Positions 13,227 through 25,654 of a stretch of 64,000 nucleotides of DNA are shown here, in pieces; within the stretch, counting starts at the first letter, position 1, and the number at the start of each line of letters is the position of its first letter. The stretch spans positions 124,001 through 188,000 of the forward strand of contig RSEE01000001.1 in the NCBI GenBank assembly GCA_003971905.1, in the 5' to 3' direction. The translations under genes were made by a program, and so were the position numbers. Source of the DNA: Moniliella sp. 'wahieum'. Taxonomy: Eukaryota. The notes below the pieces were generated by a model. It saw only the letters and a list, made by a program, of their open reading frames with translations. It did no database searches and was not told the origin of the DNA.

Positions 13227-15830
13227 CGTTGAACGTTGAACCAACGTTGAACGTACGTACGTTGAACGCTAAACGGTACTGGACCCTGTGGGATAGGTTG
13301 TCGACTATCGACTATCCACCATCCATTTTGTAATTGGCCAGTGTCACGGTCCTCTTAGCTAATCAGGGGAATCTTCTCACCGCTCTCCCCGCTGCTGAAG
13401 GAGGAGTGGAATGGAGGATGTGGTTCTGAGGAGAGGTACAGGAGGCTATGAGAAGGGTAGGGCCTTATATAGACGAGAGTACCGCGGAGCTGAGGAAGCT
13501 TCCGGGCGGATAAGAGGGGTGATGACTATCACGCAGGATGGCGTGATTGGGGCATCGCCCCAACGCCCGCCGATCCTGTTCTCCCTCCTCCTACCAGTGC
13601 ATCTTTGGCTTCCCTTGGTACTTGGTCTCACTCGTATCGCCCGACCCTTACAGCCAGAGTAGAAGAGAGAACCTCTCTCTCTGGTTTCAACACCAGAGTA
13701 GACGCCGGTCAGATCTCAGGCTGTTTTCGGTAAAACCACGGGAAGTGATGTGGAACTCAATATCAATGCTGTTCCTCCCACTCTTTTCACACTTTACTGC
13801 CAGCATCCTATTGGCTGGGGGACTACGGCTATTTCTTGACCGGCCTGTAGTGATTAAAACTAGTTCTAACTAGCTCTAACCTACTAGTCACTACCCGTTT
13901 TAACTGCCGGTTACCCACCCCCTCGATGTTCGCGCTCGCTCACAACAGCGGGTCGATGACGTCAGTGACCAGTGATTTATTGATTATCGATTAAATATTA
14001 AGCGCTAAGCCCAAGCCTAAGCCTTAGGCCCCTTCGGCCTTAAACTTTTAAGTGATCCATTACTTGCTTTACTGATTAATGACGTATGATGCATGATGCA
14101 TGATGCATGGTGCAGATGGGTGCGGTGACCGGTGACCGGTGATGTATGATGTTTGATGCATGATGCCTGCCCCGAGCAAAATAAACGCCTTCGAAAAAGT
14201 GAGTAACTGCTGTCACAAACTGTCGCCTACTGTTGCCCGCCCGGGACAAGGCGGATCCATAGAGCAACTGGTAAGCCCGGTAACGAATATTACCCATCAT
14301 GCATGCAACAGCCAGTTACCGGTTGCCGGCTACCGGTCACCGCACCAGCAACCCCAGGAACCGCCAAGAGTCAAATAATCGTCGGCGCGACCGCCACATG
14401 AAGGCTGCTGCTGCTGGTGACCGGTGGCCTGTGGGTGAGTACTCAGGCTCAGTTAACTGAGTGCGGGCGAGCTGTCTGGGGATGGTTCAACGTTCAACGT
14501 TCAACGTTGATTAATGATTCCACCCTCCCCCACCGACCGTGGGGAAAGGGGCTCGGCCAGAGCGCCCTGTGCGCGCAGCGTCAGGCGCGTCAGATCTCAG
14601 ACCGTCAGACCGCCACGCGTCAGGAACCACTCTGAGAATGGCGAGAAGGCGCTAAAATTAATATAAGGACACACCGAGCATCCCGCTGCTGCCTTCCCCT
14701 GATTGCATCCCCACCATCTCCCCTTTTAGTCATGCTCGCCTCCCACAGGTTTGCTAAGGCCATATATAGGTAGGCCTGGGGCCCAAGGGCCTAAGACTTA
14801 AGGCAAAGGTAAGCCACGGGGAAAGGCACCACAAAAGGAAGGCAAATGTCAAGAGCCCGAGAGGAACTGTGCCCAAAACGTAAAGTCGAACAAGGGAATA
14901 AACTTCGATACTACACAATGGGGAATGTATGGGACCGCATGGTTCTCAGATTTTGTTGGCAGGCCGGATTTCTCGTTTTGTCAGTGGCAAAAAATTGCCT
15001 GTATGTTTGTGTGGCCGAGACAGGCACACGCCAATAACGTATTCAATACCGCAGCCTCCACTAGCTCTTTGGAAGCAGGACTGAGCGCGCTGAAGCCTGC
15101 TGGACTTCTTATATCTCAAGCTTGAAGAGCTTGTGAAGCTTGAAGGTAGGATCGCACAGCCATAATGCATAACCCAAGTAGAAACTAGTACGTGGAGCTA
15201 GGTGGATAAGTTTAGAGGTTCTGGCACGTCTGCTTCATCATATGCACATGCATCATGCGCCATGCGCCATGCACCATCGATCATCAATCATTAATCATTG
15301 ATCATCAAATCAGTTGACTAGGAACTGCGCTGTGCCAGTTACTAGTTACTTCTCGATTTACTAGAAGGGCTCGCCTCTCTCGTGTGACATGCGCCACGTG
15401 ACGTATGAGCATACGATGCAGTTGGGATCATCGATCATCGATCAGAGGACTTGCAGGCTCCTGCAACGCTTCCGGTCCGGCATTGCTCGCTCCGCGGCCG
15501 GCGGTGTTTCATACGGAGCGCGGCTGGCAGTGGCTGTCGTACCGAGTTTTACATTTCCCGCCGAAGTGGTCACCGGTCACCGGTCACTGGTCATTAATCA
15601 TTTGTCCTCGATCCTCTCTGTTGCGCCATACGTGATGCGTGACGTTGTGTGACTTGCATGTGCAACAACTGTGTGTTTGTTTTAATGCTGGCCCGTTTTG
15701 GGGAAGTTCTTCAAGCTTCAAGCTCCAAGCTAACGTCACGCATCACGCGTCACGAGTCAAGCTAGTCAACCTTCAAATCTTCAAGCTACAAGTGAAGCTT
15801 CATGCACTTCATGCATCACTCATCATATGC
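13227..15830. repeat. Cluster of 7-bp (TNA + palindromic 4-mer) arrays
   Basis: Examples: TGAACGT at 13230; TGATGCA/TGACCGG at 14073-14163; TCAACGT at 14487; TCACCGG at 15570; TCAAGCT at 15711. Confidence 0.85.
13342..13652. mobile_element. Solo LTR (311 bp)
   Basis: Starts TGTCACGG and ends CCCTTACA. Flanked by an exact 5-bp direct repeat GCCAG (13337-13341 and 13653-13657). Internal TATA-like TTATATAG. Confidence 0.75.
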
Positions 15831-15989
15831 GCGACTAGCGCGCTGATGATTGGTTAGGGTCGCACCGCGTTCCCCTCCTTCTCTCATGTTGCGTTCAAGG
15901 GCGGACTACACCAACTGACAAGAAGCTATCTATAACTGTTTCCTCCTTGGACAGCAGTGCAATCGTTATCCTTAGCTTGGTAGCGTAGA

Positions 15990-16275
15990 TCTCCCTTCTT
16001 TATAAAATTGGAACGGTTTTTCTTCCCCCGCTGCGTAAAATTGTACATCAGCATGCCACCTGGCACGTTCCAGGCAGCCGCAGCCAGGCCGATGTATATG
16101 GGTGATAAAATTCGCCCCTCCAGCGGGGAACGGTGGCTACGGTGGCGAAGGTGGACCGGTGGAATGGTAGCTAAGGTGGACCGGTGGAACGGTGGCTAAG
16201 GTGGCGACAGCACCAAGCACACCAAGCTGGGGCGAAGCCCCAGCTGCCCGGGCCGTAGGCCCGGTGGTCTTCTAG
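15990..16275 (+). mobile_element. Non-autonomous mini-Helitron
   Basis: 5' end A|TCTCCCTTCTTTATAAAA; internal GGTGGCTAAGGTGG-type minisatellite; two GC hairpins; 3' end CTAG|T. Related copies at 42499, 45991 and 47332. Confidence 0.75.
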
Positions 16276-16512
16276 TACTTGTCAATTAACGGACAACCGC
16301 GGTTCTGGGCTCTCAGATCTCATTATGGTGTGACCGATTCATGGCGCTCACCCATTGATCGCCCAGTGTAGTGCTTCGCCTCGCCCTAGCCCCCATTCTT
16401 TCAGAAGGGAGTAGTGATTAAGTGATTAGTGATTTGAGTGGGTCATTTAGCTCATCGAGCGCATTTCGATCCTGTGCCACCTCTCGACCGTTGCATTTTG
16501 CAAAACGATCTC

Positions 16513-18400
16513 TGTGATGAAAATGTCACATTGGAGGCGAAGGTGAAGAAGGCCAGAGGACTAGGTAGAGAGTATGTAGCAATCGTTCGTGGGGAAGAGT
16601 CAAGAGCAGAGGGCATGGTACGAATCGGAACAACAGGGAAAGGTCGAGACGCTCGGGGACGAAGGAATTGGAAATGGGAGCCTGCGAGCTGCGCTACATC
16701 CGGTTTGGAAGCGAAAGGCGGGCGAGAGAGGGTCCTGAGCCCTGGCCGGCCTTACCTGCAAGCGTCTCCTCCCGTTTCCTAAACGGGTTTTGGCGCAAAC
16801 AAGCATGGTAATGTGGGGAGTATGCTAATGCATTATTCTTTCTTCGCTTACAGTGTATAACGATAACAAAAATGGCAAAAATGGAAGCGGTAATTACTGC
16901 ATACAGTGCGACTCGGAATCACTCGTAAAGTCTGTGGTGCCGTGGAACACGGCACTCTCCGACGAACAGTCTATTACAAGAACGCTGGCCATCAGCAGAG
17001 AGTGGGCACAAAATTACAAGTGAAGCGAAGAACGGAGCGGTGGGAGAGGCAGGACACCAAGTGTAGAGAAGGAGGACGGAAAAGGGCGAGCGCGCGCGCA
17101 AGCGCGAAGAAGTATCGGGCATGAACTGATCTATAGTGCCTCTGAGCAATGGCGCCAGCCTCTATTAGTGTCACCCCACGTCACAACAGCCCCCCCCCGC
17201 CACCTGTCAGCTTGCCTAGGAATGCCGTGAGGACGAGGGGAGGTACGGGCGCGGCGGCTTGTCCATTGCAGATTGGGAGGCGCGGCGGAAGGTCAATACT
17301 TAGCCTCCACCGTTAAAGAACAGAGAGCCACGCTTCCCATGCAGGTACTCGTGCATACAGCTCGCGGCCATCAAAGTGGAGCAGCACGCACGTTGTGTCG
17401 CTGGAGGCTCGGACAACGCGATAGGGGCCCTCCTACTTGGCCGTTAGTGCGCCAAAAGTCTGGCAGCGTTTTACGACGCCAACGGAGCGCTTGACCAAGC
17501 AGCCGGGCGGGAAGTGGATACGTTATACCCGCGGGGATGAAGTACGCGTGGCGGCGATGCTGCTCTGCAGCTCGCGCAGACGCTCAGCACTGATGAAGTG
17601 GTCCTCCTGTACGGAGAAGAGAGGTTGGGTTGGACTTGCGTCAGGGATGTGTGTGCTTGCACCATCGGAAACGTGTTGGATGCGGCGCTCAAAGAAGATG
17701 GTAGCGGGGGCGGTATGGTCAATGTGGCGACAGAGCCTCTCAGGGACGGACATTGTGGGCGTGCACCAAAAAGGCATCGAGCACTGCTGGCCAACACCCA
17801 ATTTGGAGCAGAGAGAGGAACGGAGGGTAGTGCATAACCTTTTCCAAGCTCGAGACTTCTCTTATCGACCCCCGGCAAGGTCAAGAAGGCCTGGATAACT
17901 GGATAACGATACCGCCGAAGCTGCGGCGGCTGACCCCAAATAGAATGGAGCGCACCTGGGACAAACCGTGCCAGTTGGCGCTTATCCACGATCCTACAGA
18001 CATTCAATCTGCGGGCAGAGGACGCGAATATGGGAGTCCAGACCAATTTCGGGAGTTTAGTGCTCCCAACTGCGATCAAGCTAATAGATCAAGAAGCATA
18101 TGATAAAGTCGAGCTGCCGTTCATTTTCCACATCTTATCGCTCAGCACTCCTACTGAGAAGTCTCTGCTAATACGGAAGTGGGGATGTTTGATTATCGAT
18201 TATCATGAGGCAGCAGAGGGGGGTGGTGATGACGCGCGTCAGCATGACACGAGCATTGTATTTATTGGAAAAGCATGGAAAGGTCCGCATTTATCCGCGG
18301 GCGAAAGGGAAGTGTGTCGCCAAAAGGTCATGACCGCGTGGAAACAAGGGCAGGGGTTTTTAAAACACCTTGTGGCATGCCACAGGCATGTTCCCTGCTC
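16513..18400 (-). mobile_element. Decayed Ty3/gypsy retrotransposon remnant (RT and integrase fragments, PPT, probable 3' LTR)
   Basis: Minus strand: MPQG-LKTPA..FHAVM near 18330-18380 (RT motif, frameshifted). FPPGCLV...LTAK*EGPYRVVRA..TCVLLHFDGREL near 17350-17520 (integrase GPY/F region). G-run PPT then TGTTGTGA starting at 17188. Possible LTR end TCATCACA at 16513. Confidence 0.65.
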
Positions 18401-18892
18401 CCCACAGGTTATTTACGGTTGCTTCTGTTCTCCCACCACCCTGCTTTGAGCTGACCGTCGCAGCCGAATTCTGCCTCTGCCCTTCACGCGCCCTCCATTA
18501 TTGGTAGACAACTACTCAGCTGCCTGTTGGCTGTGGACTCAAAAAACCTCAGTCTGAGTGGCTGACTCTGGCGGCGAGAAAAGAAATCCGGCTGGCAACA
18601 GCGGTAACGGTAACCGGGATCTTGCGCGGCAAATACGCTTGTTTTTGTCGCCAATCACTTATCCTCGCAGCTTTTGCCGCCCATTGCTTGCCATAAGGTC
18701 AGCGTTGGTGTTGGCAGTATCAGCCAGTCCATTTTCCCCGCGGCATCCAGGATGCGACCGTTGTCGCAGCCGTATAACCCGTCGCCACCCCGTTCGCCAC
18801 CCCGTTCGCCCCGGGCTGCATCCTCTAACCATCATTCCCAGACCGGCTTGCAGCTCACACGGCCACTTCTCTTGTCCTCCAGCCACTTTGAT

Positions 18893-20084
18893 ATGAGCTT
18901 GCCCTCCAAGAGGAAGCATAGCCGTCACTCGCTCCCCACGCTTGCTCCAGCTGAGGATGACGACCACCTCTCAATCCCTGGAACCGATGCTTCCATTTGC
19001 GACCACAACACACTCCTCTCCCTGTTGAACCACCACCTGTGTCCTGCCGATTATGGCATTGCGTATGGAGCGGAAGACGTGCCACAGACGGTATTTCTCC
19101 AACTAGGGAAGACCCCAGTCTTCAGTTAACAAGCGCTGAAAGGCGGCAGATCGTGTTGAGAGTTGGTTTCACCATTGCGTGTCTCTTTTTATGCTGCATT
19201 TCCTCTCTGGTCGGGATTCTGTGGGTGTGTCTCCCTCCGGTTGAACCTGAAGATAAGGGCCAGTTCCGACTTCCGCGGTCGTTTGATGAGCTGGTGGTGC
19301 TGCATACGTTGATGATAAAGTACAAGGAATCATACAGTGCCCGCCTGCTCATCTGCTGGACCTCCACATTCATTTTTCTTCAGGCCTTCGCTATCCCCGG
19401 GAGCATGTGGATGGCTATTCTCGCCGGAGCAGTGTGGAGTATGCCCATTGCCTATCCACTGGTCATATCGGTGCGTTACTCTTTCCGCATATTATGCCCT
19501 ACTACTGCGACTGACTCAAACGCGATATGTTATATTAGGCTGTGGCGTGCGGAGCGACGGTAGCGTACTTTATCAGCATGCCCATGGACTCACTCTTGTT
19601 GGTTCGGCCGCGGTGGAGACAGCGGGTTGAGAGTTGGAAGGCCCGGATTCAAAAGGAAGACCACCTCATATCTTACCTTGTCTTACTCCGCATGGCTCCC
19701 GTTCCGCCTCACAGTGTGGTCAACATTGCTTCTCCCCACTTGGGTGTGAGCTTGTTCCCGTTTTGGATCAGTACGGCGATTGGCACCGCAGCTGTATCAT
19801 TCATTCAAGTTACCCTAGGCCAAAAGCTGGAAGAAATGACTACACCTGAGGAGATGCAACTCGTTTCAGGCCATAACATCCTCCTACTCGGTGGGATCAT
19901 CTTGGCTGCGCTCGTTCCGTTGGTGGCGAGGAAAGTTTACCAACAATCCCCCTTGGAAGATCCTGCTGGGCCAGAAGGCCAGGTTGCACTTCCCCCCACG
20001 CCCGGCCAGCCTATTCCTCCGATATTGAGGCTCATCTCAACGGATGAAGGGAGCTTACTTCCGCCTCGAGATCCTAACTCCTGA
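18893..20084 (+). CDS. SNARE-associated Golgi / VTT (DedA) domain protein, TMEM41/Tvp38-like; intron ~19471-19538
   Basis: FRLPRSFDEL, FIFLQAFAIPGSMWMAILAGAVW, CGATVAYFIS, YLVLLRMAPVPPHSVVNIASPHLGV..FWISTAIG. Confidence 0.85.
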
Positions 20085-20462
20085 TTTGAATGCACGTTAG
20101 TTGAACTTAACAGTCGATGCTTCTTCCGACTGTGCCGTGGCACCCCTAACCGACATTCTGTGCCGTGGGACCCGTAACCGACATTCGGACACTTCACGTT
20201 GATTCCCCCTATGCATGTGAACCATATCTATCATTCAGGATCCGTGGTGGCAGGGGCGGTACTGATGGTGGCTGTGGTGGTGGCGGGTTGTGAGGGTGAT
20301 GCCGACGACTGAGAGGAAGTAAATGAAAAAGGAGTCACCGACAGCGTTAACAATTGTTTGTTCCAATTCCGCCCAGGCGGGACTAGCCCCGCTGCCTGTG
20401 GTGCACTGGCATCAATTGGCTGTTGGATGTTAATCGCCTCAACTTGGCTGAGCTCGTCGTCG

Positions 20463-22242
20463 ATGCTCATCTTTGTGCCGCGGGACCTACCCCTCCCTAA
20501 GCCCTCCTCGCCTCTTGTTCTGATCGGCCACCGCTTTTCAGCTGACGGTCACTCGGCTCTCGTCGTTGTTCATGGCTTGGATTCTTGCCATCTTGGCCGC
20601 CTGGGATGGCACGACACTCGCACGCAAGATACGCCAACATCGCCGTCCGAAACAACAGACGTGATCCCGCTGGGCTTGTTCTACAACCAAGATGACTGTG
20701 TGGATGCGATTTCGCGTGATTATGATCTGGTACTTCAGTGCACTCACTATCTCAGTCGGGTAGGCGTCGGTCTCTCTCAGATATTACCTTGATGTACGAA
20801 GAACCCAATGCCTTGCTCGAACAAGACTCACACATTTCTCTTCTGTCAGATTCTCGTCGTATCCTCTCCCCACGCTCATCCTCTACGATCCTCCTAATCC
20901 TGACTTTCATCGTTTCCTCGCCACATCGCCTATCTCTCGCCGGAAGCACGCATCATCAGCGGAGGCCGTCGACGACTTTCAGACGTTCGTGTTGGCCATC
21001 CAAAAAATCAACCAGGTTATTTCCACACGGCGCAAGCTGCAAGGCATGCAACCATCTTCCCGTTCATCCAAGGCAGGATGGCATATTTTGTCCCCTTTCG
21101 ATGGCTGCGTGCGGCGGTGGGATACCCGCCACTGCTATCTCGTTCCCGCGTCGCGCGGCAGGTGTACGTGCGCCTTACCCAGGCGACTGTTGCCCCCGTG
21201 GTGGCATCTGATCTGAGGCGCAGGCGACATGCTGGGGAGCCAGCAGCCTGTCTCTCACGACCATACATGGCTGTGTGGGGCAGTCTATGGCTTATATTGT
21301 ACGACATTCTCCTGGGGCAAGTGATGGCCGCTATGCTCGTGTCCATCGCGGATGCAGGCAGGATCGCTGCTACAAGTCATTGGGTGCACAATATCCTAGT
21401 GGTACAGCCGATTGCGCTGCTCACCTGGCTCGAGCAGTGGCCTGTGGGCCTCAAACTCAACACTCCCCTTGCAACATTCTTGGGTGATATGGCGCGAGTG
21501 CTGTTACTGGCGTTTGATGAACTATTGTTGGCACCTCTCTTGGTCTTGGGGGAGCCGCCCCTCTCGACCTTACTGGTCCAGGGACTGATTTGGGGATGCA
21601 AATATGGGGGTTTGGCTCTCTTCTTTGCCTTGGCTACTGATGTGTTATCAGTACTCACGCTCCATCTCCGCCTTCTTCATGTGGGTTTAGCCGCTACTAC
21701 CCCGCGCTCTGGGCCAGAGTCTCTTCGCGCTGTTCTTCTGTTCCAAGGGCGGAGGAGAAATCCCCTCCGAGGGGGGCGCATTGACAGGGCTGGGCAGTAT
21801 GAGGTGACCAAACTCTACTCGGAACTCTTCTCTTTACGCTGCTGCTATTCCTTGCGCCAACAGTGGGAGTGTACTACCTTTGTGCGGCAATTCCTCTTGG
21901 CGGGCTGGTCCTTCTCACTGCGCTTCTCGACGCAGCTCGTGCGACCGTCAATTTCTTCCCCCTTCTTGGCTTCTTCTCCGGATTAAAGATCCAGCACGAG
22001 TACCTGGGGCTGTGTCATTGCTGATGATTGAGCCCGGACTCTTGCGTCGCGGCAGCAGCAGCGGGTGGGGAACGGCGTACGAGCTGCACTCTCAGCCTGT
22101 TTCGGTTTCCCAACTGTTCGACGGCTACACGGACCAGCTTGCGCCATTGTGGGATGTTCCAGCAGCATTGTGGAATCTGGCACGTGCACAGCCATTGGCA
22201 CTGCAGGTTGCTCCTCTGTCCATCCCATTTTTGGAGGAGTAG
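20463..22242 (+). CDS. GPI1: GPI-GlcNAc transferase subunit Gpi1/PIG-Q
   Basis: LWLILYDILLG, WLEQWPVGLKLNTPLATFLG, DVLSVLTLHL, LLFQGRRRNPLRGGRID, LRIKDPARVPG. Confidence 0.88.
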
Positions 22243-22529
22243 AAGGTGTTGGCCATGCATGAGATTCGATACCCATCCACCAGTATGTGGTCACAGCGTC
22301 GACCATAGTTTGCTCCACCTCGATTGCAGCGGAAGGGATGGAATTGAATTGGGGGGCCAATTCCGCCTCCCAGTGGAGCACACGCTCCTCCAGCCTCCTG
22401 GGGCCAAGTCGGGGAAGAAGGGTAGCGAAGACTGGCACAGTGCGGGCGCTCACGCGTCGCGCCTGCTTTTCTAGTTGGTTCGCCGAGCCCTTCCACATTG
22501 ACGCCACCACCTCATCCACCGCCACACCC

Positions 22530-24247
22530 ATGGCTGCTGTAGCGCACACGTCGTCCAGCGCCCCGGGCGCTACCGGGGGACCGGGAAACAAGGCCTTCAA
22601 GAACGCTGACAAGCCTGATGAGGTCCGCCGCTCCAACATGGCGGCTGCAAAGGCGGTCAGTGATGCGGTCCGCACCTCTCTCGGGCCCAAGGGCATGGAC
22701 AAGATGATCCAGACCGCTCAAGGCGAGGTAGTGATTACCAACGACGGAGCCACCATCCTCAAGCACATGGCTGTCATGCATCCCGCTGCTCGCATGCTCG
22801 TCGAGCTTTCCCAGGCCCAGGACATTGAGACGGGCGATGGCACCACGTCGGTCGTGGTTGTGGCAGGGGCGCTCCTGGGTGCAGCTGAGAAGATGCTGGC
22901 CAAGGGGTTCACCCCACCGTCATTGCCGAGTCGTTTGTCAAGGCATCTACCAAAGCCGTTGAATACCTGACCGAGATCAGCACCCCCATCGACTTGAGTG
23001 ACAAGGAAGCCCTCCTCCGTGCTGCTCACACCAGTCTCAACTCCAAGATTGTGTCGCAGTACTCGTCGACGCTTGCACCGATTGCGGTCAATTCTGTACT
23101 CGCCTGCTGCACAACAAGTCTCCCACTGCGCCGGGACCTGTGTCGGCACTGCCCATCACCTCCACTGGCGCAGCTCAGGAAAGCGCGCGTGGCACCGTCG
23201 AGCCAGCGGGACAGCGACGAGTGACGAGCCATCGGTGGACTTGCGCGACATTCGGTTGGTAAAGAAGGTGGGGGGCACCATCGAGGACACGGAGATGATG
23301 GATGGCCTTGTATGGAGCAGAACGCAGTGGCCAATTCTGGCCCGACCCATATGGAGAAGGCTAAAATTGGCGTGTGTCAGTTCCAGCTGTCTAGCCCCAA
23401 GCCTGATATGGACAATCAGATTGTGGTCAACGACTACCGTCAGATGGACAAGATCCTGAAGGAGGAGCGGCAATACTTGCTCAATATGTGCAAGAAGATC
23501 AAGAAGGCTGGGTGCAATGTCTTGCTGCTGCAAAAGTCTATCTTGCGCGACGCTGTCAACGACCTTGCGCTCCATTTCCTGGCCAAGCTCAAGATCCTTG
23601 TCATTAAAGACATTGAGCGCGACGAGATGGAGTTTGTGTGCAAGACGCTTCACACCACCCCCATTGCGGACATTGATGCATTTACCGAGGACAAGCTGGC
23701 GTATGCAGACTTGGTTGAGGAGGTACAGCTTGCGGGCACGCGTGTGGTCAAGGTGTCTGGCATCAAGAACATGGGCAACACCGTTAGCGTCTTGTGCACC
23801 GGTGCCAACAGCCTCGTCTTGGAGGAGAGCGAGCGGTCGCTTCACGATGCGCTGTGTGTAGTACGCTCGCTTGTCAAGAAGCGCGCCCTGATTGCCGGCG
23901 GTGGTGCCCCCGAGGTGCATGTTTCGCGGCAGCTGGCCCAGTATGCACAAAAGTTGCAGGGCATGGAAGCCTTCTGTTTCCAGGCATTTGCCGATGCTTT
24001 GGAGATCATCCCCACCACGTTGGCCGAAAATGCAGGGCTCAACCCGATCGCTATCGTGACTGAGCTGCGCAACCGACATGCTCAGGGGGAGACGACCGCC
24101 GGCATCAATGTACGCAAGGGAACAATCACCAACATTCTGGAAGAAAATGTGTTGCAGCCCTTACTTGTGAACACGTCGGCCATCGAGCTTGCTACTGAGA
24201 CCGTGTCCCTCCTGCTTCGGATCGACGACTACCATTTGGCCAGGTGA
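22530..24247 (+). CDS. CCT4: CCT/TRiC chaperonin subunit delta
   Basis: [81 protein letters not shown]. Confidence 0.97.
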
Positions 24248-24492
24248 AGAATTGCATCAGCATTTTGGTCGTTTTTATGTTGCTACTGCATAGCTCTTCA
24301 TGATGTGGGTGGCTGACTACATATCGAGAGCCTATAGCGAAAGAGCGAACAATATCTGTGTAGTACAGCATGTGTGCATGGAAGCCCTGCTCCAGAAGCA
24401 GGCAAGAAGGCAGATCAATGCCATTGGCTGGCCCACCAGCTAGTGGGTTGCGAGTCAGCCCTTTTTTTTGGGGGGGGGGGCATGCAAAGCAC

Positions 24493-25270
24493 TTAACGCT
24501 AGCCAGGGGGGTGGGCTCGACGAACTCAGCGCTCTTGACCTTGGCGCCAAGGTCCTCAGCACCCACCACGTTAGCCGCACCACCGTGGAGTTCAACCAAA
24601 CGCGAAACGTCAAACTTGGGCTTCTTGATGATCTTGACCTGTGGACAAACACATCCTTAAGAGGGTAGATCCCACGAGTCGACTTCTCGATCTCGCGGCC
24701 AATGACCTCAGGAATGAGCTTCTGGACAAGCTCCTTGATGTCGCACGTCTCGATCTCGCGCTTGATGATCTGGAACATCTTTTGCCGGATGGCGCGAACC
24801 TGGGCCGACTGGCGTAGGTGGTCTTCGACACGCTGTTGGAGCGACGCTTGGTGAAAGCAATGACAAAAGACGCACAACGTAGCCGTCCGTCAGCTTCACA
24901 TCCTGGTGTGCCTCAATGGTGTCTGCCACTTGCGGACGAGCGAACGGATCTTGTCCGTAGTGAAGTTCATCGAGTGGAAGTTGGTAAGGCACGACCGGCC
25001 CTGAACCTCATCGACGCGCAGAGAAAACTTGCGGAAGGACTGCTCCTCGTCCTTGTTGAGGTCAGCGAGCGAGGCCTCGACGATGCGGCCCTTGAGCGAG
25101 TCGTTGGCGTTCACCAGACCCTGGGACTTGTTGACGATGGTCTTGCCAACAGTACGGTTATCGAAGAAGGTGGGTGCCCGGATGTCGTGCCACACTTGGC
25201 GCGACATAGGGTCGACCGTCTTCTTCTTCATGCCCTTCTTGCCGAGCTTCTTGTTCTTGCCGATCGCCAT
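24493..25270 (-). CDS. RPS1: 40S ribosomal protein eS1 (S1/S3a); 5'-UTR intron 25280-25413
   Basis: [64 protein letters not shown] intron GTAAGC...GCTAAC...CAG. Confidence 0.96.
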
Positions 25271-25654
25271 CTTGGAAAACTGTCCGGGAACACTGCGCAC
25301 AGAGAGGTTAGCACTACTCCTTTGCCATGTATGGGGCCGTCAACGGGCAGACGACGACAGTATCGGTGTCGCCGTCCTGACAGAAGGGCCCTACTGGCGG
25401 GCACGATGCTTACCTCGAGGGTGGCGGTCCTATGTGTCGACGGTAACAGAGACGGCGAGAACTGCTGTTTGGTGGGAAGGCGGACACGGGCCAGGGGGTT
25501 GTAGGGTTATCCCATCTGCTGCGGCAACTCTTCGACCTAACCCTATACTTTCAGCAGTGCCGCTGTGCTGCACTCGCCAATTGCAATTTGCCATCAACAC
25601 GACTGATTTCAATCAGCTACGTGAACTGTGGGGCAAATTGTCGCTTCCTACGCA

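Noticed and set aside
23156..24079. Long antisense ORFs over CCT4 (also over ADH, COG6, Trk)
   Set aside because: Expected shadows of GC-rich coding sequence; no independent protein features.
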